From assembly GCA_023662905.1 (NCBI GenBank), contig JAMPIJ010000006.1, positions 426 to 64,425 on the forward strand: DNA of 64,000 nucleotides, written 5' to 3'. The notes below the pieces were generated by a model. That model did not search any database. It was not told the DNA's origin and saw only the letters and a program-made list of their open reading frames with translations. Shown here piece by piece: positions 8,241 through 17,460 of this stretch. How positions within the stretch are numbered: position 1 is the stretch's first letter; each line of letters starts with the position of its first letter. The DNA is from Fusobacterium sp. (lineage in GTDB: Bacteria > Cyanobacteriota > Vampirovibrionia > Gastranaerophilales > Gastranaerophilaceae). The translations under genes were made by a program, and so were the position numbers.

Positions 8241-9581
8241 ATGTTAATAGAATTTAGCGTAGAAAATTATAAATCGATAAAAGAAAGAATTACTTTAAGC
8301 CTACAAGCCGCAAAAGATACAAAACTGGCTAAAAATATAACAAAAATCAATTTACCTCAAATAGATAATCAAAAAACAACCCAAAGGATTTTAAAAACAT
8401 CTGTTATATATGGCGCAAATGCCTCAGGGAAATCAAATATTTTAAAAGCAATGGACTGTATAAAAAAAATTATTCGTACATCCCATAATTACATAACAAA
8501 TCAACAATTCCCTATTGATAATTTCCGCTTAGATTTAAGCTACACATCAAAACCAACAATGTTTGAATTTATTTTTATTCAACACGGTATAAAATACGCA
8601 TATCAAGTTTCACTAACAAAAGAAAAAGTTTTAGAAGAAAATTTATATTATTGGCCAAACGGTAGACAAGTTAAAATATTTGAACGTGATGAGGAAAAGA
8701 TAATCTTAGGAAATTCCTTTAAAGGTAAAAACCAAGAAGATGATTTAAGAAATAAAATCTACGCTCAGGACACCGCAGAAAACACATTATTCTTGTCTAG
8801 AGCCAACAATGTTAATATTGTAGAAATGAAAGAAGCATTCAATTGGTTTGCGACTAAACTTGTAATTATTTACCAACAAATTGGGATTGGTAATGCGACA
8901 TCTAATATGATAGCAGACAACATACTGAATGAACAAGAAGTTTTGAACTGTTTAAAAATTGCAGACCCACAAATCGCCGATTTTAATCTAGTCAAAAAAG
9001 AACTGGAGGATGTGGAAAATCATCCGATGAATTTGTTTATAAAACAAGTTATTCTACCACAGATAGCAAAAAAAGAAAATATAAGAGTAGAAAATCTTGG
9101 AAAAATTTTAGGATTAAAAATTGATGAAAAAACACGAAGATATGCTATCACAGAAACAGGTGAAAGAATATTAGTAGATTTTGACCTTTCTGAAGAATCT
9201 GATGGAACACAACGTTATTATGGTTTGCTTGGGCCAATTTTAGCCTGCCTAAAAACAGGATGTACCCTATTATTTGATGAAATGGAATTAAGATTGCACC
9301 CTCTGTTATCAAAAGGACTTATTGACCTATTCACATCAGAATTAAATTCCCAAAATGCTCAATTAATAATTACATCACATGATGTCAATTTACTTGATTA
9401 TAAAGGTCTTTTTAGACGAGATCAAATTTGGTTTACAGAAAAAAATGAGGATAGTTCTACCGAGTTATATTCACTTGATGATTTTACCGGCATTCGAGAC
9501 AGCATGATACAATCTAAAAATTATTTAAAAGGTAAATTTGGAGCAATTCCGGATTTGAACTGGGAGAATTTGAATGATTAA
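8241..9581 (+). CDS. ABC/SMC-like AAA ATPase (AAA_15/AAA_21 type), AbiLi-like
   Basis: N-terminal MLIEFSVENYKSIKE..., Walker A GANASGKSN, Walker B LLFDEMELRLHP, and ITSHD near the C-terminus. Confidence 0.8.
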   Translation: MLIEFSVENYKSIKERITLSLQAAKDTKLAKNITKINLPQIDNQKTTQRILKTSVIYGANASGKSNILKAMDCIKKIIRTSHNYITNQQFPIDNFRLDLSYTSKPTMFEFIFIQHGIKYAYQVSLTKEKVLEENLYYWPNGRQVKIFERDEEKIILGNSFKGKNQEDDLRNKIYAQDTAENTLFLSRANNVNIVEMKEAFNWFATKLVIIYQQIGIGNATSNMIADNILNEQEVLNCLKIADPQIADFNLVKKELEDVENHPMNLFIKQVILPQIAKKENIRVENLGKILGLKIDEKTRRYAITETGERILVDFDLSEESDGTQRYYGLLGPILACLKTGCTLLFDEMELRLHPLLSKGLIDLFTSELNSQNAQLIITSHDVNLLDYKGLFRRDQIWFTEKNEDSSTELYSLDDFTGIRDSMIQSKNYLKGKFGAIPDLNWENLND

Positions 9582-10218
9582 AAAACAAATTCGAGAGACA
9601 AAAAGAAGTAGAAACCTACGCCCAATTAAACAAAATATTTATATCTCTTGCGAGGGTGATGCAGAAGAAGCATATCTCAATGGTTTGAAAAGACGTTATT
9701 CAAGAGTAGCGACAATCAAAATAAGTAATAGTAGCCCAAACACCGCGGCTCCCAATGTAGTAAAAAACCTAAAGAAAAAATTCAAAAATGAGTATAACAG
9801 AGAAGATTTAAAATATTGTATTTTTGATTGTGATAACAATACACAGGCACAATTAGAAGAGGCTAGACGACTTGCTAATATCGAACATGCAGAAATTATA
9901 TTTTCCAACCCTTGTTTTGAGATATGGCTTTTATGGCATTATGAAAATAATTTAGCATTTCAAAGTTCACGTGACGCGCTAAAAAGACGTATTGAAACAT
10001 ATATAAGACCTGAATATTGGACCTATAAAGAAATACCTACGTTATACGATTTAGTACGCAATAATACAAATCAAGCAGTCTTAAATTACGAACATAGAAA
10101 AACTGAACTCTTGCAAGACAGTGTTGCAGCTTATTCTAGAGAAAGTAATCCTTATTCAAACTTTTATGACTTAATAACTAAACTAATAAGCCTTGAATCT
10201 GGTAATCCTATAAATTAA
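9574..10218 (+). CDS. RloB-like (Toprim-related) protein, AbiLii-like
   Basis: IYISCEGDAEEAY, IFDCD and SNPCFEIWLLWHY match the RloB domain pattern. An 8-nt overlap with the ATPase gene implies translational coupling. Confidence 0.75.
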   Translation: MIKKQIRETKRSRNLRPIKQNIYISCEGDAEEAYLNGLKRRYSRVATIKISNSSPNTAAPNVVKNLKKKFKNEYNREDLKYCIFDCDNNTQAQLEEARRLANIEHAEIIFSNPCFEIWLLWHYENNLAFQSSRDALKRRIETYIRPEYWTYKEIPTLYDLVRNNTNQAVLNYEHRKTELLQDSVAAYSRESNPYSNFYDLITKLISLESGNPIN

Positions 10219-10416
10219 ATTATAGATAAGTATAATCTTATTCCTATAGGTAAAAATTTTATAGGGGGTGTTGTTGAGCATAGCCCCCCTATGGGGTGTT
10301 TTAAATACATATTTATGCAATCTACTCTTACTGTATTTTATAAATTGCTATAGTTTTTTATTTTTCACTCCGACATTTTTACGACAATCTATATTTTCAG
10401 CTTTGAAATTTGCATT

Positions 10417-10438
10417 AAAAAAGCGGGTTAAAACCCGC
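10417..10438 (-). terminator. Terminator downstream of tRNA-Arg
   Basis: On the minus strand, the GCGGGTTTTAACCCGC hairpin is followed by TTTTTT. Confidence 0.6.
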
Positions 10439-10452
10439 TTAATTATTAGATT

Positions 10453-10526
<74 letters not shown>

Positions 10527-10591
10527 TTAGTCGCTACATTATTATACTAGCATGAACATTTTCTTTTGCAAGAGGGTTACTCTCTTTTTAG

Positions 10592-10790
10592 AGATTTCGC
10601 TCCTGACAGATTTTTAACGACTGTTATCAACAGTCGCAAAATCTGAAACGTCGCCATCGTAGTGCTCACCTGCTTGTCACGCTCATGCGTGCCAACACCG
10701 TGAGCACCGGCTTACGCATAAAAAAAGACCCCTATGATCGGGGTCAAGGTTGGTTATTTTGGTTATGTTATTGGTATTATTTTATAGTTA
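10592..10790. repeat. GC-rich structured intergenic element, copy A (divergent)
   Basis: Nested hairpin CAGATTTT..CGACTGTT/AACAGTCG..AAAATCTG (10607-10645). Stem GTGCTCAC/GTGAGCAC (10662-10707). A7 run plus GACCCC/GGGGTC hairpin (10720-10745). T/G-rich tail similar to the one after copy B. Confidence 0.5.
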
Positions 10791-10914
10791 TTTGTATGTA
10801 CTATAAAAGAAAGGGAGTTTTGTACTCTTTCTAAAATCCATCAAGATTTATTTTTGCTGATTTCTTTGCAAACAATTTACATTTCTTTACAGTTTTATCT
10901 GCTATTATTTTATT

Positions 10915-11331
10915 ATGTTTTTAAAAATCAAAAAATTCATTCTCGTTAAAATCCTACGCAAGCACTACTACCGCACCGGAAAATGCAACGCCTGCGGAAA
11001 ATGTTGCAGGCAGATTTACGTCAAGCACTACAAACACGTAATTCAGGATGAAAAAGAGTTTGAAAAGCTTCAATATCTTCATCGTTTTTACACTTATCTT
11101 AAAGTTGTCGGCAAAGATGAAACAGGCCTAATTTTTGAATGCACAAATCTTGACCCCATAACACACAAGTGCAAAATCCACAAAAATCGCCCAGGAATTT
11201 GCAGACGTTATCCACAGGAAGAGCTTTTCACCATGGGCGGCGCGCTTTCTGATGATTGTGGTTATAAAATGGAGCCTATTATTTCATTTTCAGAAGTTTT
11301 AGAGAAAGAAGAAAAGAAATTTAAACACTAA
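10915..11331 (+). CDS. YkgJ-family cysteine-cluster (CxxCxxCC) protein
   Basis: CNACGKCC motif plus a later C-x-x-x-x-C/H pattern (HKCKIHKNRPGICRRYP). Confidence 0.65.
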   Translation: MFLKIKKFILVKILRKHYYRTGKCNACGKCCRQIYVKHYKHVIQDEKEFEKLQYLHRFYTYLKVVGKDETGLIFECTNLDPITHKCKIHKNRPGICRRYPQEELFTMGGALSDDCGYKMEPIISFSEVLEKEEKKFKH

Positions 11332-12692
11332 TAACGTGCCAAATACTTATCTATTTCCCACTGAGAAACATAGGTTCTAAACGAATCCCACTCTTTAGCT
11401 TTTGAACTTAAGAATTCGTTAAAGATATGGTCGCCAAGTGCTGCTCTTGCGACGAGTGATTTTTCCATACAGTCGAGAGCCTCTGCTAAACTTCCAGGGA
11501 GCGATGTAATCTTCTGTTTTCTACGTTCCTTTGAGGAAAGTTTGTAGATATTGCTTTCTACGACTTCCGGCGGATCGATTTTATTTCTGATACCATCAAG
11601 GCATGCTTCAAGAATCGCAGCGAAAGCCAAATACGGGTTGCATGCCGGATCTGGTGAACGAAGTTCTACACGGGTTGCATTGCCACGTTTGGCAGGAACA
11701 CGTAGGAGTGCGCTTCTGTTTGAGAGCGACCATGCCAGATAAACTGGAGCTTCGTACCCTGGGACAAGGCGTTTATAGCTGTTTACTGTCGGGTTTGTGA
11801 TTGCTGTGATAGATTTAACGTGTTTAAGCATGCCGCCGATTGAATATTTTGCGTACTCAGAAAGCTGGTATTGAGCGTTTTCGTCATAAAAAGCGTTTTG
11901 GCCGTCTTTGAATAGTGAAACGTTGCAGTGCATGCCGGAACCGTTTATGCCGAATATTGGTTTAGGCATGAAAGTTGCGTGTAGGTTATGGCGTGCGGCG
12001 ATAGCTTTAACTGCGACTTTGAAAGTCGCAACATTATCCGCTGTGGTTAAGATATCAGCATAGCGGAAGTCGATTTCGTGTTGACCGTCAGCAACTTCAT
12101 GGTGGGAAGCTTCGATATCAAAGCCCATTTCTTTGAGGGCGAGGACAATGTCGGCTCTAACGTTTTCGCCAAGGTCTTCCGGCCCGACATCGTAGTAACC
12201 CGCTGAATCCTGAGTTGTTGTGGTAATATTTCCGTCTTTATCTTTGGCGAAAAGGAAAAATTCTGCTTCCGGCCCAAGATTCATTGAGAACCCGAGCTTT
12301 TCAGCTTCTCTCATAACGCGTTTAAGGTTGCAGCGTGGACAGCCTTCAAATGGAGTTCCATCGGCATTATGGATATCACAGATTAAGCGTGCCACATTAA
12401 CACCATTGCGTTCACGCCAAGGGAGTATTTGGAAAGTATTTTTATCAGGATAGAAGTACATATCAGAGGTTTCGATACTTCTGAACCCTTTGATAGAAGA
12501 TCCGTCGAGCATAAGTTCGTTAGCAAGCGCTTTATCAATATGTTCTGACGGAATAGACATATTTTTAACCTGTCCGTTAATATCAACGAACTGTAATTTA
12601 ATAAATTTAATATTATATTCTTTGATGAGAGCCTTTATTTCATCGTCGGTAAATTGTTTTCTATCTAATCTAGTGTGAGTAAATTCCGCCAT
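11328..12692 (-). CDS. glnA: Glutamine synthetase, type I
   Basis: 454 aa with full-length GS-I hallmarks: FVDINGQVK, GPEAEFFLF, HHEVADGQHEIDF, NGSGMHCN, NSYKRLVPGYEAP. Confidence 0.95.
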   Translation of the reverse strand: MAEFTHTRLDRKQFTDDEIKALIKEYNIKFIKLQFVDINGQVKNMSIPSEHIDKALANELMLDGSSIKGFRSIETSDMYFYPDKNTFQILPWRERNGVNVARLICDIHNADGTPFEGCPRCNLKRVMREAEKLGFSMNLGPEAEFFLFAKDKDGNITTTTQDSAGYYDVGPEDLGENVRADIVLALKEMGFDIEASHHEVADGQHEIDFRYADILTTADNVATFKVAVKAIAARHNLHATFMPKPIFGINGSGMHCNVSLFKDGQNAFYDENAQYQLSEYAKYSIGGMLKHVKSITAITNPTVNSYKRLVPGYEAPVYLAWSLSNRSALLRVPAKRGNATRVELRSPDPACNPYLAFAAILEACLDGIRNKIDPPEVVESNIYKLSSKERRKQKITSLPGSLAEALDCMEKSLVARAALGDHIFNEFLSSKAKEWDSFRTYVSQWEIDKYLARY

Positions 12693-12774
12693 ACTATTCC
12701 CTTTCCTTTTTATACTATTAGAATATTTTTTTTCAAAAAGGTCAAGGGGTTAGTATTAAGATTATATAAAAGTT

Positions 12775-14271
12775 TTAATTAAAACCTTTTATGACAGTGC
12801 GTCCTTTATCGTTAGGGTCACGTTTTAAAGCGTTAAACATTTTGTCAAAATCTTCCATATCTGCGGCGTCTTTGTATTCATAAATAGCGTTCAGGCAGGC
12901 GTTATGAAGAATTGAGGACATGTCAGCTGGAGAAAGTCCTTTTAATTTTTTAGCCAGTTCATCAGAATGTTCTAAAAGTTCGGAGCCAATCGGTCGATCT
13001 TGAAGAATTTTTTCAACAATATCTTTTGCTTCGCCCGCTGTAGGGAGACCGAGTTTAATATGCTTATCAAGACGACCGGAACGTTTTACTGCCGGATCCA
13101 AATCATCAGGATTGTTAGTTGCACCGACAATAATTATCCCCTTTTGAGCAGAATTATTCATAACCATTAAAAGGGCATTAATATCATCCTTTTTCCAGTC
13201 GGTCTGACAGTTTTTTCTATTCATCGCAATGGAATCAAGTTCATCAAGTATCAAAATACTAGGTTCACCAGTCAATTTGTATTGCTTTTCAAGATTTTCA
13301 AACACTGTTTTTAATTCGTTTTGCGTTTTATAAGCCCCGCTGTCGCCGACATTTGCAAGATTAATTTCATAAAGTTTATAACCGGTTTCGGCCGCAATAG
13401 CTTTCATAATATAGGTTTTGCCGCACCCTGGAGGGCCTGAGAGCAGGAAGCCACTCGGACGATTTAGTTTATTTGCTATAATTTTATCGCGAAAATCTTT
13501 ATTCCAAGGTTTTAAAATAAATTCATTAACATCTTTTTTAACTTGAAACATGCCCCCAACTTCATCTAAGGACTTAGGGTCATTTTCATTAATTGGGACT
13601 TCATATGAACTCAATGCTTCTTTTAGTTCGGAGCTGTTCTTAGAAGAACAATTACCACCGATTGTGTAAACCGACGATGAACCTTTCAACTTCTGAATTT
13701 CATCAACAACACCTGCAAGGCCAGCCTCATCGGCAAATTTAGCATACATATCCAGATTAATATGCTCTATATTATTCTTACAATCAGGACAATTCAACAA
13801 TGGAAACACAACTTCCGGACAATATGCATCTATTGAATAAATCAACATGTCCTGATTAGAAGCACCGTTCATAATCTCAAAATTAGGATGTGATACAACC
13901 TTGTCTGCTAAACTTATAAGGTTATCCCAGTCTTTATCCTCTGAGCCTATATTACCGAATTCATCAGTTATAAGCCCGAGCAGGCAATTTTTAGATGTGT
14001 TGTCCTCAATAATGCAATTCGGATTCCAATCGTCAGTATCCAACCTGTCAATCAAATTACAAGCGTCTTCAAAAGATTTATTTTTAATAAATCCAATAAG
14101 TTTATTTGAATTTTCCTCACGTGTTTCAGCGTCTGAGATTTTCTTAGCCTGTCCGAACGATATTGTATCGCATGGTAAATTATACGAATATTGTAACGAC
14201 GGAACATTTGCCTGAGGCCTAGCTGCACATTTATTATTAACAGAGTAATTTAAAATTGACGAGATTCTCAT
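12775..14271 (-). CDS. AAA+ ATPase (classic clade) with about 250-aa unknown N-terminal region
   Basis: Walker A GPPGCGKTY, Walker B ILILDELDS, SRH ATNNPDDLDPAVKRSGRLD. The N-terminus carries the shared MRI...SFG leader. Confidence 0.8.
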   Translation of the reverse strand: MRISSILNYSVNNKCAARPQANVPSLQYSYNLPCDTISFGQAKKISDAETREENSNKLIGFIKNKSFEDACNLIDRLDTDDWNPNCIIEDNTSKNCLLGLITDEFGNIGSEDKDWDNLISLADKVVSHPNFEIMNGASNQDMLIYSIDAYCPEVVFPLLNCPDCKNNIEHINLDMYAKFADEAGLAGVVDEIQKLKGSSSVYTIGGNCSSKNSSELKEALSSYEVPINENDPKSLDEVGGMFQVKKDVNEFILKPWNKDFRDKIIANKLNRPSGFLLSGPPGCGKTYIMKAIAAETGYKLYEINLANVGDSGAYKTQNELKTVFENLEKQYKLTGEPSILILDELDSIAMNRKNCQTDWKKDDINALLMVMNNSAQKGIIIVGATNNPDDLDPAVKRSGRLDKHIKLGLPTAGEAKDIVEKILQDRPIGSELLEHSDELAKKLKGLSPADMSSILHNACLNAIYEYKDAADMEDFDKMFNALKRDPNDKGRTVIKGFN

Positions 14272-14306
14272 AGTTACAGGTTAAAAACCCGTAAAAAAAT
14301 TTTTTG

Positions 14307-14927
14307 CTAGTGCGTCAAATAAACATGCATAATCTGCGCTGTCTTTTTATTAACATTAGAACCTTTCATACGCACTAATTTTTCCTGATTAGGAATAATT
14401 ACGCAGAATAAACCGCAATCTTTTTGCAGGTTGAAGACAGCTCTATCGTGAGAATTTTTTATATTTTCTTCTGTCAAATTCCAAACGCTTTCACGCGGAA
14501 GAAAAACAACGTCAGGGGAATTTGCAAAATGAGTTCTTGTTTTTGAAAACTCTTTCAAAAACGCTTCTACATCACTACCGTGTTCGCTTGTGACGTAAAC
14601 AATGACCTTTTTATTCGTATTCAAATAAGGACTAATTTTTTTAACCTTAGTGAGTGCAAGCATTTGCGTTCCAGAAATCGGAACTTCTTTAATATAACTT
14701 CTGGCAGTATTGATATCAATAGGAGTTTCAGTCTTCTTAACATCTTTCAGATGTTCAAACTCGTTAACCACAACCGGTTCTTCTTGAACTTTTTCTTCAA
14801 TTTTATTATCGGAATCCGCAAACCTTAAAAACGAGTTCATAATATCCGGCTGCTGCCTGAATGCACCAATCAAAAGAAATAATATTAGCATTATAAATGC
14901 AATGTTTGTAAATGTTTTATTACCCAT
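14307..14927 (-). CDS. Membrane-anchored hypothetical protein
   Basis: 206 aa with N-terminal TM FTNIAFIMLILFLLIGAF. No recognised family. Confidence 0.5.
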   Translation of the reverse strand: MGNKTFTNIAFIMLILFLLIGAFRQQPDIMNSFLRFADSDNKIEEKVQEEPVVVNEFEHLKDVKKTETPIDINTARSYIKEVPISGTQMLALTKVKKISPYLNTNKKVIVYVTSEHGSDVEAFLKEFSKTRTHFANSPDVVFLPRESVWNLTEENIKNSHDRAVFNLQKDCGLFCVIIPNQEKLVRMKGSNVNKKTAQIMHVYLTH

Positions 14928-15096
14928 TCTTACTGCCTCAAAATTCTCACTATAACGCCATTATACAATTAATAGGGAAAATTCAATCAATCAAATTAAG
15001 TAAATTTTGAATTAAAAATCGTTACATACAGTTTAAAATTAAAAATATTTAGCTTATACTAAGGTTGAGTTTATATCAGTATTTGGAGAATTAAGA

Positions 15097-16473
15097 ATGT
15101 ATAACGTCGCTATTATCGGTGCAGGGCCTGCGGGAATATTTTCCGCTCTTGAGATTATGAAACTTAGACCGGATTGGAAAGTTATTCTCGTAGAAAAAGG
15201 CGAAAAGATTGAAAAAAGAAAATGCCTTTTGCGTGAAGGATTTGCAAAATGTCCTAACTGCAAAAAATGCGGACTTCTTTGCGGTTGGGGAGGCGCAGGC
15301 GCGTTTTCTGACGGCAAATTAACCCTGACACCTGATGTAGGCGGCCACCTTGTTGATTATATGGAACGCCAAAAGGTTGAAGATTTGATTGATTACTCTG
15401 ACAAACTTTACCTTGAGTACGGCGCAACTGAAGAAGTTTTCGGTACTGATATGAAAACTTTCTCAGAACTTGAAAGACAGGCTGCGCTTGCAGAACTTAA
15501 ACTTGTTCACTCACCAGTCCGCCACCTTGGAACAGAAAGAAGCCTTGATGTTCTTAAAAATATGCAAGATGATTTAGATGGTAAAATTACCATTCTTAAC
15601 AACGTTGCGGCAAAAAGCTTAATTGTTGAATGCGGTCAGGTTAAAGGTATTGAACTTGATAACGGCCAAACAATCTGCGCTGAATATACAATCATTGCCC
15701 CTGGTAGAGAAGGCGCTGACTGGCTTACACAAGAATTTGCAAAAAATAAAATCGGTATGGTTAACAACGCAGTTGATGTAGGTGTTCGTGTTGAACTTCC
15801 AGCACCTGTGTTTGAACCGTTAACCTCAAAACTTTATGAATCAAAATTAATCTATCATGCACCAACATTCGGCGATGAAGTAAGAACTTTCTGTATGAAC
15901 CCGAATGGTGAAGTTGTTCAGGAAAACTACAACGGTATCGCAACCGTTAACGGCCACAGCTACGCTAATATGAAAACTAAAAATACAAACTTTGCACTTC
16001 TTGTTAGCGAACGCTTCACAGAACCGTTCAAAGAACCTATCGCTTACGGCCAACATATTGCAAGACTTGCAAACATGTTAGGCGGCGGAATTCTGGTTCA
16101 AAGATTCGGCGACCTGCTTGACGGAAGACGTTCAACTCCTGAAAGAATTAAATCAAGCATTATCGAACCAACGCTTACCTGTGCAACCCCTGGGGATTTG
16201 AGCCTTGTAATCCCTTACAGACAGTTGACCAGTATTAAAGAAATGCTCTTCGCTCTCGACAAAATCGCACCGGGAACAGCTTCAAGATACACACTTCTTT
16301 ACGGTATTGAAGTTAAATTCTACTCAGCAAGAGTAAAATTAACCGACGAACTTGAAACAGAAGGCGTTAAAAACTTATTCACAATCGGCGATGGTGCAGG
16401 GGTCACAAGAGGCCTCATCCAAGCATCAGCTTCCGGTGTTCATGTTGCAAGAACCATCTGTGAGAGAGGATAG
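15097..16473 (+). CDS. FAD-dependent oxidoreductase (COG2509-like NAD(FAD)-utilising dehydrogenase)
   Basis: N-terminal Rossmann motif VAIIGAGPAGIFSA, C-terminal GDGAGVTRGL. 458 aa. Confidence 0.75.
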   Translation: MYNVAIIGAGPAGIFSALEIMKLRPDWKVILVEKGEKIEKRKCLLREGFAKCPNCKKCGLLCGWGGAGAFSDGKLTLTPDVGGHLVDYMERQKVEDLIDYSDKLYLEYGATEEVFGTDMKTFSELERQAALAELKLVHSPVRHLGTERSLDVLKNMQDDLDGKITILNNVAAKSLIVECGQVKGIELDNGQTICAEYTIIAPGREGADWLTQEFAKNKIGMVNNAVDVGVRVELPAPVFEPLTSKLYESKLIYHAPTFGDEVRTFCMNPNGEVVQENYNGIATVNGHSYANMKTKNTNFALLVSERFTEPFKEPIAYGQHIARLANMLGGGILVQRFGDLLDGRRSTPERIKSSIIEPTLTCATPGDLSLVIPYRQLTSIKEMLFALDKIAPGTASRYTLLYGIEVKFYSARVKLTDELETEGVKNLFTIGDGAGVTRGLIQASASGVHVARTICERG

Positions 16474-17394
16474 CTTAATCTCACGCGCGGCTTCACGTCG
16501 AGCGTCTGAATATATGACTTTAAATTCTGGGTGCGAATCCCAGAATTTTTTATGCACAGCCGCAACAACACGATGCTCCTGTGCTGTCAATGGCGCACCA
16601 GAAGATTGTTTTTTCAATACTGCTCTTTGATAACCAGTTAAGCTTTCAAAATATTTAGATTTGGCCTCTCTAATTTGCTCACATTTTGCCCAAGCCAATT
16701 TAGAAATAGCTGAAACCTCTTCACGCTTTTCAGGATTTTCGGCATAATGACGAACCATAGCTGCTGCTTGCTTAGCACGGGCTTCCGGCGTTTTGTTAGC
16801 GATATTTGCAAGCGCTAAATTTCTCATACAAATTCCCAAATGTCTGCGGGTCGCATCTGCAGTTTTTTGGTTGCCGGCTTCATCTGAATTTTTCAAAAGA
16901 GTTAGATAATTATGGTCGGGTTTTGGAATATTCAACATTTCACAAAGTTTCGCCACCGGTGCGCGGCCGCTGAAACCATAAGTCTTCGCGATTTCTTCCT
17001 GCGGCATGCCTGACCAGACTTTTTTCAATAAATCAAGCGAAAAATCACCTAAAGGCATTTTTTCCTGAATAGTCTTCACTAAACGCGGAACTTTTTCAGC
17101 AACAGCAGGAAGCTCAATAACATCATCAAATTCACGAAATAATTTCTTTGCCCTATCAAGAGTTTTGCTATCCATTAACGGCTTATAAACCCTTTCATGT
17201 AAATCTTTCAGCGTCGGCATCTCCGTTTTCGCAGCTTTCTCCGCTTCAACTCTCATTCGTTTGGGCAACAAATGCGCACGATTTTCCAATATATATTTTA
17301 AATTTATATCCTTTGCTGCGCCAAAATTAACCGGCTGCTGCGGTTTTGACGCCTTATTGTTATAGTAACTAAATCCAATTAAACCTACTTGCAT
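16426..17394 (-). CDS. Hypothetical protein with shared N-terminal leader
   Basis: 322 aa, no recognised family. N-terminus MQVGLIGFSYYNNKASKPQQPVNFGAAK. Confidence 0.55.
   Translation of the reverse strand: MQVGLIGFSYYNNKASKPQQPVNFGAAKDINLKYILENRAHLLPKRMRVEAEKAAKTEMPTLKDLHERVYKPLMDSKTLDRAKKLFREFDDVIELPAVAEKVPRLVKTIQEKMPLGDFSLDLLKKVWSGMPQEEIAKTYGFSGRAPVAKLCEMLNIPKPDHNYLTLLKNSDEAGNQKTADATRRHLGICMRNLALANIANKTPEARAKQAAAMVRHYAENPEKREEVSAISKLAWAKCEQIREAKSKYFESLTGYQRAVLKKQSSGAPLTAQEHRVVAAVHKKFWDSHPEFKVIYSDARREAAREIKLSSLTDGSCNMNTGS
16525..16551 (+). terminator. Terminator for the FAD oxidoreductase gene, embedded in the 3' end of the convergent ORF
   Basis: TTCTGGG/CCCAGAA stem followed by TTTTTT. 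Confidence 0.5.
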
Positions 17395-17460
17395 AAATCT
17401 GTAAAGTGCGCTGAAAAACAGAATTGCGCAGAAAACAGGATTTATTACAAAAATTTAACA

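Noticed and set aside
2504-10292. Shared CCCCCTAT at 2504-2511 and 10285-10292, considered as att-type direct repeats
   Set aside because: Only 8 nt match, both within C-runs. This is too short to distinguish from chance, and it would leave the integrase outside the element.
10720-10745. A7 run plus GACCCC/GGGGTC hairpin, read as a minus-strand terminator of a protein gene
   Set aside because: No minus-strand gene lies immediately upstream, because the next gene (10915-11331) is on the plus strand. It is kept as part of repeat copy A instead.
11551-12678. Seven short ORFs on both strands inside glnA
   Set aside because: They are nested within or antisense to a full-length, highly conserved glutamine synthetase gene, with no independent signals.
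16426-16473. 48-nt overlap of the convergent FAD-oxidoreductase and 322-aa ORFs, considered as a frameshift or mis-assembly
   Set aside because: Both frames are open and plausible up to their stops. A plus-strand terminator hairpin at 16525-16551 lies inside the other ORF's 3' end, but nothing in the sequence proves an error.
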